From: Woeseiaceae bacterium | GTDB taxonomy: Bacteria > Pseudomonadota > Gammaproteobacteria > Steroidobacterales > Woeseiaceae | Direction of reading: 5' to 3' | Assembly (NCBI GenBank): GCA_051008055.1 | Contig: JBPCXZ010000312.1 | Coordinates: 1-62,155, forward strand | Length of the DNA stretch: 62,155 nt | Part shown: positions 1 to 10,051 of the stretch, in pieces | How positions within the stretch are numbered: position 1 is the first letter of the stretch | How the letters are laid out: each line of letters begins with the position of its first letter | Translations under genes and position numbers: made by a program | Notes under the pieces: model-generated | Told to the model about the DNA's origin: nothing | The model's input: only the letters and a program-made list of their open reading frames with translations | The model's database searches: none

Positions 1-31
1 ACGTAATACCGAGCTGTCGAAGATTCAGGAA

Positions 32-616
32 ATGGCAGACCATCTGTTGGCGGAGAATGCACAGGCATCTTTCGCCAGCCTTGCATCATCAATGGCAGTA
101 AACAGCGTATTGCTGATCGGTGATCCCGAAAAGTGGAGCAATCCGCTAGTACGGGTGCATTCGAGTTGTTTGACTGGCGATGTATTCGGGTCGGAACGCT
201 GCGAATGCGGTCCGCAGCTACATTCCGCTGTCGACCTTATCGACGCGGACGAGCAGGGCGGAATCGTCATCTATATGTCCGGCCACGAGGGTCGTGGCAT
301 TGGTCTCTGGGCCAAGGCGGCGACCTATCTCTTACAAGACGGTGGTGAGGATACCTACCAGGCGAATCGTTCACTTGGCCTGCCGGATGACTCGAGAGAC
401 TTCAGCGACGCGGCAACCTTACTAAAGTATTTTCGCGGCGACGGACCGTTCCGGCTGCTGACGAATAATCCGAAAAAAGTAAGCGACCTGCAGGCAGCGG
501 GTTTGCAGAACGTTGAGCCTGTTAAGCACGTCTTCGGCGTGACTGACTCAAACAAACGCTACTTGTCGGCAAAACGCGATTGGGGTCACGATCTCGAGGA
601 CGACGATATCAAATAG
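32..616 (+). CDS. ribA: GTP cyclohydrolase II
   Basis: Complete 194-aa ORF. The Cys cluster VRVHSSCLTGDVFGSERCECGPQL and the LLTNNPKKV motif align along the whole length with E. coli RibA (about 196 aa). Confidence 0.9.
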   Translation: MADHLLAENAQASFASLASSMAVNSVLLIGDPEKWSNPLVRVHSSCLTGDVFGSERCECGPQLHSAVDLIDADEQGGIVIYMSGHEGRGIGLWAKAATYLLQDGGEDTYQANRSLGLPDDSRDFSDAATLLKYFRGDGPFRLLTNNPKKVSDLQAAGLQNVEPVKHVFGVTDSNKRYLSAKRDWGHDLEDDDIK

Positions 617-624
617 GAGTATCT

Positions 625-1992
625 CTAGCCGCGACTCGCCGCCAGATCTTTCTCCATCCTCAGCAAGGTCTCGTTGTCGATCTTGTAGAAGTAGATTGCG
701 GCGACGCCCATTAAGGCAAAGATCGCCGGGTATATCGCGAACATGAAGCGAATGCCGAACATCGCCGATTCACTCTGTACCTCATTAGCGACAAAACCAA
801 ACCATGACAGGATGAGCCCGGCGAGACCCGCGCCTACCGCCAGTCCGAGCTTGTGAGAGAACTGGATGCCCGAAAAAACAAGTCCGGTCGTGCGCCTGCC
901 AGTCTTCCACTCGCCATAGTCCGCGCAGTCTGCATACATCGACCAGACGAGTGCCGGCGTAGGTCCGGCAACGAGGTTGGCGAGGACGTTGAATAACACC
1001 ATCAGACCGTAGGCGTCGGCTGGCAGAATGAAGAAAATGGCCATAAAGACCGCGTTCATAACTGACAGGGTGATCAGCAGACTACGTTTTTCAAATTTCT
1101 CGCTCAAGAATCTGGCGAACACGACACCGACCATCATCGCCGCCAGGCCGGTCGAGATGAAAACCGCGGTCTTGTCGAAAATCAGAAATAGCGGTGTACC
1201 GTCGTCACCGACGAAATACTTGAAGTAGTAAACCTGAGTGCCCTGACGAACCGCAATATTGATCAGTGTGAATATCCCGGTCCAAAACAGGGCCTTCCAC
1301 GGGCCGTTTTGCAGCAAGACCTTCAGATCTTCACGAATGTTCGATTTGCTTGGCTTGGGAATAACGCGCTCTTTCGTCGTTGCAAACGTGATCCAGAAAA
1401 ACACAACCGATACAACGGCGAAGATTGCCATCGTCAACTTAAAGCCCAGCGCTTCATCGCCGCCGCCGAGAATGTTCTTGAATGGTGTTACGAATGTGCC
1501 GATCAACCAGCCAGCTGCAAACGCACAAAAAAAGCGGTAACTCGCAACCTTGGTGCGTTCGATGGATGACGAAGAAATCACGCCCATCAGCGCGGAGTAC
1601 GGTACGTTGATCGCAGTGTATGCCAACATCATCAGTGAATAGGTTACGTAGGCATAAACAAGCTTTCCGGTGTCGGAAAGATCAGGGTTGGCGAACATGG
1701 CGTAGCCGCAGAGCCCGTAGGGAATTGCAGCAAACAACAGATAGGGTCGAAACTTGCCCCAGCGAGTATTCGTCCGGTCGGCAATTAGTCCCATGATTGG
1801 GTCGCTGACGGCGTCGATAATCTTCGTAACCAGGAACATCGTACCGACTGCAGCTGCAGTTATGCCGAATACGTCGGTGTAGTAGTACAGCAGAAAAATG
1901 TTAAAAGTTACGAAGAAAAAATTGGACGCGGCGTCGCCCAGGCCGTAACCCAGCTTCTCCTTGAAATTCAAAGGACCGCTATTGCTTGCCAC
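625..1992 (-). CDS. Glycoside-pentoside-hexuronide (GPH) family cation symporter (MFS superfamily)
   Basis: 455 aa and polytopic. The N-terminal LGYGLGD...DPIMGLIADRT..RWGKFRPY motif is typical of MelB/YicJ-type GPH transporters. The GTG start overlaps the stop of the upstream paralogue by 14 nt. Confidence 0.8.
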   Translation of the reverse strand: MASNSGPLNFKEKLGYGLGDAASNFFFVTFNIFLLYYYTDVFGITAAAVGTMFLVTKIIDAVSDPIMGLIADRTNTRWGKFRPYLLFAAIPYGLCGYAMFANPDLSDTGKLVYAYVTYSLMMLAYTAINVPYSALMGVISSSSIERTKVASYRFFCAFAAGWLIGTFVTPFKNILGGGDEALGFKLTMAIFAVVSVVFFWITFATTKERVIPKPSKSNIREDLKVLLQNGPWKALFWTGIFTLINIAVRQGTQVYYFKYFVGDDGTPLFLIFDKTAVFISTGLAAMMVGVVFARFLSEKFEKRSLLITLSVMNAVFMAIFFILPADAYGLMVLFNVLANLVAGPTPALVWSMYADCADYGEWKTGRRTTGLVFSGIQFSHKLGLAVGAGLAGLILSWFGFVANEVQSESAMFGIRFMFAIYPAIFALMGVAAIYFYKIDNETLLRMEKDLAASRG

Positions 1993-3409
1993 GGCGCTGC
2001 TCTAGCTGCATGCGAACTTCGTGCGCTTTCTCTTCGGTAATCGTGTAAGACGCTACTGCCCAGATCGCAATGGCGGATGCGACGAATGGTATGAATGCAT
2101 CGAAGAAACGCATCATGGTTAGGGTCTGCTCGGCCTGGTTGCCGTTGAGCTCGACATCAAATCCTGTCGCGTTCAGAAGGAATCCGCCGCCGGCTATGGC
2201 GACAGCCTGACCAAGCTTCACGACCCACCAGAATATTGAACCGTACATGCCCTCGCGGCGTTCACTGGTATTGAGTTCGTCCATATCGATCACATCAGCG
2301 ATCATCGATCCCATTAGTGTGAACAAGCCGGCGAGTCCGAATGCCATCAAAGGGGCCGGGAGCAGGATCAACCAGGGGTTGTCCGGCGTGTAGCAGAACC
2401 ACTTGAGTCCGTAGCCAAGCATCGACACGCCAGTGGAAACAAAAAAAGCACGGCGCTTTCCAATCTTGGTGGCCAGCCATGTAACGAATACGACGATCGC
2501 CAGCGCAGAGGTCGCACCTATAGCTCCTGCATGCCCAACCCATTCGGCGCCCTTGGCGGTGTCGCCTTCGAAAACGTAATACATGATGACGTAGGGTTGA
2601 AATGCAGCGACCAGAATGAAACCGTTGAAGACGAGAAAGGTCGCGGCGCAAAGTTTCAGAAACGGTTTGAAACGCAGCGTTGTTGCAAAGCCCTTGCCAA
2701 AATCCTTAATGTTTTCCAGTACGTTTGATTCGCGCGCATCTGCATCATCCGGATTTGCCTTATATCGTTCGCGCAGAAAAATAGCGGGCAGTACGCCGAC
2801 AACTATAACGACCGCGCCTATAGCGAGACCAAGGCCCGCCGCTCCGTCAACAACATCGGTAAACAACGCCTCGCTGTACATGATCGCAAGAAAGTAGGGC
2901 GCAATTATGTATGCGGTCTGGCCGATAAAGTTGCTGGTCCCCATCAAGCGCGTACGTTCGTGATAGTCGGGAGTTAACTCGTAACCGAGTGCGACCCACG
3001 GTGTCGCAAACATCGTATAGGCGAGGTAGAAGATCAGTGATCCGATCAGAAAGAACCAGAAATAATAGTTCTCTGTTTTTCCGTCTGGCAGCTGCCACAA
3101 CAAGGCGAAAACAACGCCCACCAGGATAGCGCCGCAGAAAATATAGGGTCGCCGCCGACCCCAACGCGAGCGTGTATTGTCGGAGATGTAGCCCATTAAT
3201 GGGTCGGTGATTGCGTCTGTCAGGCGGGGCAGCGCGCCAAGCAAACCGACGAGGGCCGGGTTCATGCCCAGGCCAAGATTCAGAACGATAACCATGCTGC
3301 CAATTGAGATCGCCAACAGGTTGTTAACGAATGCGCCAAGGCCATAAATCAGGCGTTGTGGAATCGGTATGCGATCTTCGGGCGCAGTCTCGTAGTGTTC
3401 CATGGCCAA
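1979..3409 (-). CDS. GPH family cation symporter (second paralogue)
   Basis: 476 aa. DPLMGYISDNTRSRWGRRRPY motif and 12-TM-like hydrophobicity. First gene of a two-transporter operon that diverges from the GH3 gene. Confidence 0.8.
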   Translation of the reverse strand: MAMEHYETAPEDRIPIPQRLIYGLGAFVNNLLAISIGSMVIVLNLGLGMNPALVGLLGALPRLTDAITDPLMGYISDNTRSRWGRRRPYIFCGAILVGVVFALLWQLPDGKTENYYFWFFLIGSLIFYLAYTMFATPWVALGYELTPDYHERTRLMGTSNFIGQTAYIIAPYFLAIMYSEALFTDVVDGAAGLGLAIGAVVIVVGVLPAIFLRERYKANPDDADARESNVLENIKDFGKGFATTLRFKPFLKLCAATFLVFNGFILVAAFQPYVIMYYVFEGDTAKGAEWVGHAGAIGATSALAIVVFVTWLATKIGKRRAFFVSTGVSMLGYGLKWFCYTPDNPWLILLPAPLMAFGLAGLFTLMGSMIADVIDMDELNTSERREGMYGSIFWWVVKLGQAVAIAGGGFLLNATGFDVELNGNQAEQTLTMMRFFDAFIPFVASAIAIWAVASYTITEEKAHEVRMQLEQRRGKQ

Positions 3410-3424
3410 AGTATCGTCCGGGAA

Positions 3425-3442
3425 ATTGACAGCGCTGTCAAT
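3425..3442. promoter_or_regulatory. Operator-like perfect 18-bp palindrome ATTGACAGCGCTGTCAAT (type A site)
   Basis: Read directly from the sequence. It lies in the 78-bp divergent gap between the GPH transporter start (3409) and the GH3 start (3488). The same 14-bp core recurs at 10038, 15648 and 15683. Confidence 0.7.
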
Positions 3443-3487
3443 CCTTGCTAATTAAGCGTTTGCTATCAATTGGGGATTGTCAGGCGT

Positions 3488-5746
3488 ATGGGTCGAAGAA
3501 GAGCTTCGTACTGGCTGACATTTGTCTTGCTTATGGGAATGAGTAACCAAGCGGTGTGCGCCGATTCGTCGGTAGAGCGACGCATCGACGATCTGTTGGA
3601 AAAGATGAGCCTTGACGAAAAAGTCGGGCAGATGCGTCAGGCGAATGCCGGCGACGATCCAATAGGCGCTTTGCGTGAGGAGTTGCGCGCCAGTAGAGTT
3701 GGATCGATTCTGAATTCGGTTGATGTTGATGTCGTTAACGAATTGCAGCGCATCGCGATGGAAGAGAGTCGCCTCGGTATTCCGCTTTTGGTTGGCCGCG
3801 ATGTTATCCATGGCTTCAGAACTGTGATGCCGATTCCGCTTGGCCAGGCGGCAACCTGGAATCCGCAGGTGGTGAAGGACGGTGCGCGCGTAGCCGCGAC
3901 AGAGGCTGCGCGACATGGTGTGAACTGGACATTTGCGCCGATGATTGATGTCACACGAGATCCTCGGTGGGGGCGTATTGCCGAAAGTCCCGGAGAAGAC
4001 CCGTATCTGGTCGGCAAGATGGGTGCGGCGATGATTGCCGGATTCCAGGGTGATGACTTGTCGGATCCGACCAGCATCATTGCTTGTGCAAAACACTTTG
4101 CTGGTTACGGCGAGTCGGAGAGTGGGCGTGACTACGCGACCACTAACATTCCCGAGAACGAACTACGCAATGTGCACCTGAGACCCTTCAAGGACGCGGT
4201 TGACGCTGGTGTCGTTACATTCATGGCGTCTTTCGGGGACCTGAACGGTGTCCCAGCATCCGGCAACGAGTTTCTGATGAGCCAGGTGTTGCGAGAGGAA
4301 TGGCAGTTTGACGGTTTTGTTGTCAGTGACTGGGATTCAATTCGGCAGCTCTCGATTCATGGCCTGACCGCCAATGACAGGGAATCAGCGTACGCAGCGG
4401 TAACCGCTGGTCTCGATATGGAAATGGCGGGTGACGCGTACATCAATCACCTCGTCGCGCTGGTTGAGTCTGGTGAAGTAGCAGAATCGACGATCGACAC
4501 GGCTGTACGTAACGTATTGCGTGCCAAATTCGAATTGGGTTTGTTCGAGGACCCATACATTGATCCAGGCAAGTTCCCGGAAACAGCCAATGAGCAAGCA
4601 CTCACCGTCGCCCGGCAGGCGGCGTTGGAAAGCATTGTATTGCTGCAGAACAACAACGCAGCGCTACCATTCGACAAAGATTCACTGCAATCAATTGCTG
4701 TTATCGGCCCGCTGGCTGACGCACCGTATGAGCAACTGGGTACCTGGATTTTTGACGGTGATGCGTCGTTGAGCGTAACCGGTCTTGACGGTATTCGGGA
4801 TCAGCTCAGTGACAATGTAGACATCAAGTACGTGCGTGCATTGGCAACAAGCCGTAGTCGCGAAAAGGAGGGCTTTGCGGAGGCACTACGGGCGGCAAAA
4901 TCTTCAGATGCGGTTGTCTTGTTCCTTGGCGAGGAGTCGATTCTGTCCGGTGAGGCGCATTCTCGTGCGGACATCAATCTGCCAGGCGCTCAGGCTGAAT
5001 TGGTCCGCGAGATTCGAAGCAGCGGCAAACCCGTCGTTGCTGTGATACTCGCTGGTCGCCCGTTGACGTTGACAAACATCGTTGATGAGGTCGATGCGAT
5101 ATTGTACGCGTGGCATCCCGGCACGATGGGCGGCGCAGCTATCGCTGACGTGTTGTTCGGCGAGTACAGCCCGTCGGGCAAACTGCCCGTTTCGTTTCCG
5201 AAAATGGTTGGGCAGGTGCCGATCTACTACGCACAGAAGAACACGGGTAAGCCGCCGACGCCGGATAGCATCGTGCATATCGATGAGATTGATGCGCATG
5301 CGCCTCAGACTTCGCTCGGCATGTCAGCGTTTCATCTCGACGCAGGGTATAAGCCGTTGTGGGAGTTTGGTTTCGGGCTGTCTTATGCCAGCTTTGAGTA
5401 CAGCGATATTGCGGCTGATCGATCGTCGCTTCGCGTAGGCGACAGAATCGTGATTAGTGCGACATTGACGAACACGGGCGCCGTGATAGCGACCGAGGTT
5501 GCGCAATTGTACGTACGCGATCTGGTTGGCAACGTAACTCGGCCGGTGCGAGAACTGAAGGGTTTCCAGCGACTGACTTTGCAGCCAGGCGAAGCGAGCC
5601 GAATCGAGTTTGAGCTGCACTCCGACGACTTGGCGTTTTTTGGCCGCGACAACCGGCTAATTGTCGAGGCGGGCGAGTTCCACGCGTGGATTGGTGGCAG
5701 TTCAGAAGCGTCGTTGCAAACGAGTTTTCATATCGAAGGTGAGTGA
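3488..5746 (+). CDS. bglX: Periplasmic beta-glucosidase, glycoside hydrolase family 3
   Basis: GH3 hallmarks: KHFAGYG, GFVVSDW (nucleophile Asp region) and a C-terminal FGFGLSY. I chose the ATG at 3488 because it gives a signal peptide (MGRRRASYWLTFVLLMGMSNQAVCA). The ORF track starts at a TTG at 3470. Confidence 0.9.
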   Translation: MGRRRASYWLTFVLLMGMSNQAVCADSSVERRIDDLLEKMSLDEKVGQMRQANAGDDPIGALREELRASRVGSILNSVDVDVVNELQRIAMEESRLGIPLLVGRDVIHGFRTVMPIPLGQAATWNPQVVKDGARVAATEAARHGVNWTFAPMIDVTRDPRWGRIAESPGEDPYLVGKMGAAMIAGFQGDDLSDPTSIIACAKHFAGYGESESGRDYATTNIPENELRNVHLRPFKDAVDAGVVTFMASFGDLNGVPASGNEFLMSQVLREEWQFDGFVVSDWDSIRQLSIHGLTANDRESAYAAVTAGLDMEMAGDAYINHLVALVESGEVAESTIDTAVRNVLRAKFELGLFEDPYIDPGKFPETANEQALTVARQAALESIVLLQNNNAALPFDKDSLQSIAVIGPLADAPYEQLGTWIFDGDASLSVTGLDGIRDQLSDNVDIKYVRALATSRSREKEGFAEALRAAKSSDAVVLFLGEESILSGEAHSRADINLPGAQAELVREIRSSGKPVVAVILAGRPLTLTNIVDEVDAILYAWHPGTMGGAAIADVLFGEYSPSGKLPVSFPKMVGQVPIYYAQKNTGKPPTPDSIVHIDEIDAHAPQTSLGMSAFHLDAGYKPLWEFGFGLSYASFEYSDIAADRSSLRVGDRIVISATLTNTGAVIATEVAQLYVRDLVGNVTRPVRELKGFQRLTLQPGEASRIEFELHSDDLAFFGRDNRLIVEAGEFHAWIGGSSEASLQTSFHIEGE

Positions 5747-5753
5747 GCCGATA

Positions 5754-8018
5754 ATGATCAGAACCCTGAAAGGCATGCCAGGCATTCTCGCAGCTATTGG
5801 CCTGGCAGTACTGATCATGGTGACTGGCTGCGCTAGACCTGTTCCTCAACAAGCTGTGAAAGTTGAAATCGTAAAAACGGATTCGGGCTATCAGCTACTG
5901 CGTGCCGGCAAGCCTTACGAGGTTCGAGGTGCGGGCATGGCTGTAGACGACATTGCCAGATTCGCTGCGCATGGTGGCAACTCAATTCGCAACTGGAGTA
6001 CCAGCCCTGAGTATCAGGACACACAGGCATTGTTGGATAACGCCTATGCCAATGGCGTAACCGTGGCATTGTGTCTGTCGTTGGTAGCGGAGCGGCATGG
6101 TTTTGACTACAGCGACCCGGTAGCAGTAGCGGAACAGTTAGCCTGGGTTCGCAAAGAAGTTGAAAAGTATCGCGATCATCCTGCGTTGCTGGCCTGGATC
6201 ATCGGCAACGAGCTGAATCATAGCCATACCAATCCTGCTGTCTTCGATGCCGTAAATGAGGTCGCATTGCTCATCAAGGAGCTGGATCCCAATCACCCGA
6301 CCACAACTACTCTGGCAGAGCCGGATGCTCATCTTCTGAGTGTGGTACTCGAACGGGCGCCGGCACTCGATTTTATCAGTGTTCAAACCTACGGCGCGCT
6401 ATTCGGACTGCCAGCGGTCTTGCAAGAAATAGAATTTGACGCGCCGCTGATGGTGACCGAGTGGGGCACGATCGGGTATTGGGAGATGCAGCAAACGTTC
6501 TGGGGCGCACCGCACGAGATAACCAGCACGAAGAAGGCCGACACGATTCGGCGAGGTCTTCACGAAATAATGCCGCAGCTTGAACCGAACCTTATCGGGT
6601 CTTATGTGTTTCTCTGGGGCCAGAAGCAGGAACGCACTCCCACCTGGTTCGGTCTGTTGACTGTGGACGGTGACGAAACAGAGTCCATCGATATCTTGCA
6701 CAAGGCCTGGACGGGCAGCTGGCCCGGGAATCGCACGCCACAAGTACAGGCAATGTTGTTGGACGGCCAGAACTACGAAGAAGACGTCATGCTTGTGGCC
6801 GGCGTGGAGTATACGGCAGCACTTGAAGCTACTGACCCCGATGGCGACGCACTGCAGTATCGCTGGGAAGTCAAACCCGAGAGTGACGCTCGCCAGGCTG
6901 GCGGCGACCGGGAGTTGCTGATCGAGAATGTTGAAGGTGTTGTTGCAGACAACGGCTCTGCGACAGTTACGATAACGGCGCCGCAGACTGGGAACTATCG
7001 TCTCTTCGCTTACGCGTTCGACGACAAAGGCAAAACCGCCCATGCGAACATACCGTTCAGAGTTGGCAGCGATCTGGCACAAGATGCTGACGCGCTGGTC
7101 GATGGGCAAGTCATGGCCATGTCGTACTCTGGCTACCGCGAGGGACAGCACCCTGACCGTGGCGATGGTGCCAACAATCCGAGCGACGAAGAAGTTCTGG
7201 AAGATCTACAGATACTCGTCGCCAATGACTATGAACTCATTCGACTCTACGACGCTGGCGAGAACTCTCAACAAACCTTGCGGTTGATTCGTGAGCACGA
7301 TCTGCCCATCACGGTGTTGTTAGGCATGTGGCTGCGTGCCGAATTCAGTAACCATGAAGGCTGTCCGTGGTTGGACGAACCGATTCCGGAATCGGAGCTT
7401 GCGGACAACAAAGTTCGCAATGAACTCGAAATTCAAACCGGAATTCAACTCGCAAGACAATACGACGACATCGTAGTCGCCGTAAACGTCGGCAATGAGG
7501 CGCTGGTTGACTGGAATGATCACATGGTCCCCGTCGAAGATGTCATCGCCTATGTGAAGCGCGTTAAGGCAAGCATAGAGCAGCCCGTTACCGTCGCTGA
7601 TAACTACCTGTGGTGGGCCAATGATGGGGCGGAGCTCGTTGCTGCCGTCGACTTTATCGGGCTGCACACGTATCCGGTCTGGGAAGGGAAGACTATTGAC
7701 GAGGCTTTGCCATTTACGCTGCAGAACCTGCAGATGGTTCGCGATCGTTTTCCGGACAAGCCTTACGCGATTCTCGAAGCAGGATGGCCTACCACAGCCA
7801 GTGAATTCGGCGACCTCGCCAACGTCGCGGCGCAGGTACGCTATATCGATGAGCTGAACAGCTGGGCAACCCGAAACAACGTCACCGTTTTTCTATTCGA
7901 GGCTTTTGACGAGCCGTGGAAAGGTGATCCGGGTGATCCCCTCGGCGCCGAAAAACATTGGGGCCTATTCTATGTTGACCGCACCCCAAAGCATTCCGTA
8001 TCAGGCGAGGATGAGTAG
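5754..8018 (+). CDS. Lipoprotein with two clan GH-A glycosidase domains joined by a PKD/Ig-like module (C-terminal domain GH17-like)
   Basis: The internal ATG at 5754 gives a lipobox (LIMVTGC). The N-terminal domain has IIGNELNH (Glu codon 6210-6212) and MVTEWGT. The middle has DPDGDALQYRWEV, which is PKD-like. The C-terminal domain has VNVGNEALV (Glu codon 7497-7499) and ILEAGWPT (Glu codon 7776-7778), the GH17 acid/base and nucleophile patterns. Confidence 0.65.
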   Translation: MIRTLKGMPGILAAIGLAVLIMVTGCARPVPQQAVKVEIVKTDSGYQLLRAGKPYEVRGAGMAVDDIARFAAHGGNSIRNWSTSPEYQDTQALLDNAYANGVTVALCLSLVAERHGFDYSDPVAVAEQLAWVRKEVEKYRDHPALLAWIIGNELNHSHTNPAVFDAVNEVALLIKELDPNHPTTTTLAEPDAHLLSVVLERAPALDFISVQTYGALFGLPAVLQEIEFDAPLMVTEWGTIGYWEMQQTFWGAPHEITSTKKADTIRRGLHEIMPQLEPNLIGSYVFLWGQKQERTPTWFGLLTVDGDETESIDILHKAWTGSWPGNRTPQVQAMLLDGQNYEEDVMLVAGVEYTAALEATDPDGDALQYRWEVKPESDARQAGGDRELLIENVEGVVADNGSATVTITAPQTGNYRLFAYAFDDKGKTAHANIPFRVGSDLAQDADALVDGQVMAMSYSGYREGQHPDRGDGANNPSDEEVLEDLQILVANDYELIRLYDAGENSQQTLRLIREHDLPITVLLGMWLRAEFSNHEGCPWLDEPIPESELADNKVRNELEIQTGIQLARQYDDIVVAVNVGNEALVDWNDHMVPVEDVIAYVKRVKASIEQPVTVADNYLWWANDGAELVAAVDFIGLHTYPVWEGKTIDEALPFTLQNLQMVRDRFPDKPYAILEAGWPTTASEFGDLANVAAQVRYIDELNSWATRNNVTVFLFEAFDEPWKGDPGDPLGAEKHWGLFYVDRTPKHSVSGEDE

Positions 8019-8946
8019 GTTTTCAGCCGTATTGTGCGCCGTCGCGACAACGACAGTGCTCTGTGCCTGTGGCGGCGGTGCTAACGGCAACAATGGCAAT
8101 TCGGTCCCGCCCGTTGTTACGCTTCCGCCCGTGAGCCCTGTCAACACAAATATTGAAGATCCGGAACTGATCCGTGCCGACAATGAGCCCATAGGCGCGA
8201 CCGGCAGGACGCTGGTCTGGAGTGACGAGTTTAATGCGGAAAAGTTGGATCCCGAGAAGTGGTTCTTTGAATCGGGTGACGGCAGCCAATACGGACTCAA
8301 TGGTTGGGGTAACGACGAGTTGCAGTGGTACCTGCCTGACAACGCGCTTCTGCTTGACGGCAAGCTGGTGATTACTGCCCGGTCGGAGGTTAACAACGGC
8401 TATCAATACACCTCTGGGCGAATCATTACGCGTGATCGCTTCGCATTTCGTTACGGTCGCGTGGAAGCTCGCATGCGTCTACCCGGTGGGCAGGGCCTGT
8501 GGCCAGCCTTCTGGTTGTTTCCACAAGACGCTACATACGGCGGTTGGGCGGCATCGGGGGAAATAGATATTGTTGAAGCGGTAAACCTGGGCGCGGCCGG
8601 CGGCAATGATGTGCACGGCACGATTCACTATGGCGGCGAGTGGCCGAATAACACGTACACGGGTAATCGTTATACGGTGCCCAGCAACGCGGTAGAACAG
8701 TTTCATACGTATGCGATCGAATGGGACGCTACTGAAATTCGATGGTATGTAGACGACGTCCTGTATGCCATGCAGAACAACTGGACGTCTACGGGGGGTG
8801 TGTTTCCGGCGCCTTTTGACCAGCAGTTCTATCTACTGCTGAACGTTGCTGTCGGTGGGAACTTTCCCGGCGCGCCGGACGCAACAACGCAGTTTCCAGT
8901 CAGCCTGGAAGTGGATTACGTACGCGTTTACTCCGGCAATCCCTAG
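8011..8946 (+). CDS. GH16 endo-beta-1,3-glucanase (laminarinase) lipoprotein
   Basis: The GH16 catalytic motif EIDIVE lies at 8560-8577. The protein has a beta-jelly-roll-type sequence (WPAFWL, FYLLLNVAVGG). The ATG at 8011 gives the lipobox VLCACGG and overlaps the upstream stop by 8 nt. Confidence 0.85.
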   Translation: MSRFSAVLCAVATTTVLCACGGGANGNNGNSVPPVVTLPPVSPVNTNIEDPELIRADNEPIGATGRTLVWSDEFNAEKLDPEKWFFESGDGSQYGLNGWGNDELQWYLPDNALLLDGKLVITARSEVNNGYQYTSGRIITRDRFAFRYGRVEARMRLPGGQGLWPAFWLFPQDATYGGWAASGEIDIVEAVNLGAAGGNDVHGTIHYGGEWPNNTYTGNRYTVPSNAVEQFHTYAIEWDATEIRWYVDDVLYAMQNNWTSTGGVFPAPFDQQFYLLLNVAVGGNFPGAPDATTQFPVSLEVDYVRVYSGNP

Positions 8947-8960
8947 ATTGGTGAGCCGCG

Positions 8961-9989
8961 CTAGGGCGGTGGGGCAGTCGAATCTCGCAGGCGGATTTGT
9001 GCAGCGACGATATCCGAACCCTCAGGTTCTTTCTTTTTCCTGACTGCCTTGATTAACGTCCGCGCGGCCAGTTCGGTCATCGACGCCAGTGGTTGATTTA
9101 TCGTCGTCAGTGCCGGGTAGATTAACTGCGCGAGTGCGACGTCGTCGCAGCCGGCAACAGACAATTCGTCGGGCACTGAGATATTGAGACGATCGGCGGC
9201 TCTGATAACGCCCGCGGCCATGTCATCATTCGCCGCAAAAATCGCGGTCGGACGTTCTCTCAGTGAGAATAGTTTTTCGGCAGCAGCTTCGCCGGAATCG
9301 ATCAGGTTGTTTCCCTGGCCAACAAGTTCATCAACGAACTCAATCCCGCTCTCAGCCAAACCGTCCTTGTAGCCTAGCAAGCGATGGCCAACCGCTTTAT
9401 GGGTCGGGTCGCCAGCAATAAAGGCGATTCGCTTGTGGCCCAGCGACGCCAGGTATCGGGTCATTTCGGCACTGATCTGTCGATCGTTTGTAGACACGGT
9501 ATATTGCTTGCAACGTGCCTGGCCGGGTGAGATCCGGACAAATGGTGTTTCGGTAGCCTCTATGGTTTTCGCAAGTTTGGTTACGTTGGAGAGCGGCGCC
9601 GCCAAAATCACGCCGTCGGGGCGAACTCGGTCGATGAGTCGTGTCAGCTCCTCATGCGCCTGCTTTTCGCGATAGCGGAGTGGATGTATAAGCAACTCGT
9701 AGCCGACTTCGCGACAAGCCTGCAATGCGCCTTGTTGCATGCGGATAATGAAGCCCGAACTTGGAGTCACGTACAGGCTAGGGTCTTCGTAGACCAGACT
9801 GACTATCTGCGAATGGTAGCTGGCGAGGCTCTGTGCGGAACGATTCGGCTGATAGTTGAGTTCGCGAATGGCGTTTTCGACTCGATCCCGGGTCGCATCA
9901 CGAACGTTAGGTTCCTGATTGACAACCCGTGACACAGTCTTGATTGAAACACCGGCTAATGCCGCGACATCATCAATTGTAGCCTTCAA
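8961..9989 (-). CDS. LacI family transcriptional regulator
   Basis: N-terminal HTH ATIDDVAALAGVSIKTVSRVVN followed by a periplasmic-binding-protein-like sugar-binding core. 342 aa. Confidence 0.9.
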   Translation of the reverse strand: MKATIDDVAALAGVSIKTVSRVVNQEPNVRDATRDRVENAIRELNYQPNRSAQSLASYHSQIVSLVYEDPSLYVTPSSGFIIRMQQGALQACREVGYELLIHPLRYREKQAHEELTRLIDRVRPDGVILAAPLSNVTKLAKTIEATETPFVRISPGQARCKQYTVSTNDRQISAEMTRYLASLGHKRIAFIAGDPTHKAVGHRLLGYKDGLAESGIEFVDELVGQGNNLIDSGEAAAEKLFSLRERPTAIFAANDDMAAGVIRAADRLNISVPDELSVAGCDDVALAQLIYPALTTINQPLASMTELAARTLIKAVRKKKEPEGSDIVAAQIRLRDSTAPPP

Positions 9990-10037
9990 CAGCTCGCCTT
10001 ATGCCTCCCGCAACAACGCACCATTACAGCGAGATCT

Positions 10038-10051
10038 GACAGCGCTGTCAA
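10038..10051. promoter_or_regulatory. Type A operator core TGACAGCGCTGTCA
   Basis: Perfect 14-bp palindrome between the LacI start (9989) and the GH17 stop codon (10048-10050), which it partly overlaps. The position suggests autoregulation of the LacI gene. Confidence 0.6.
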
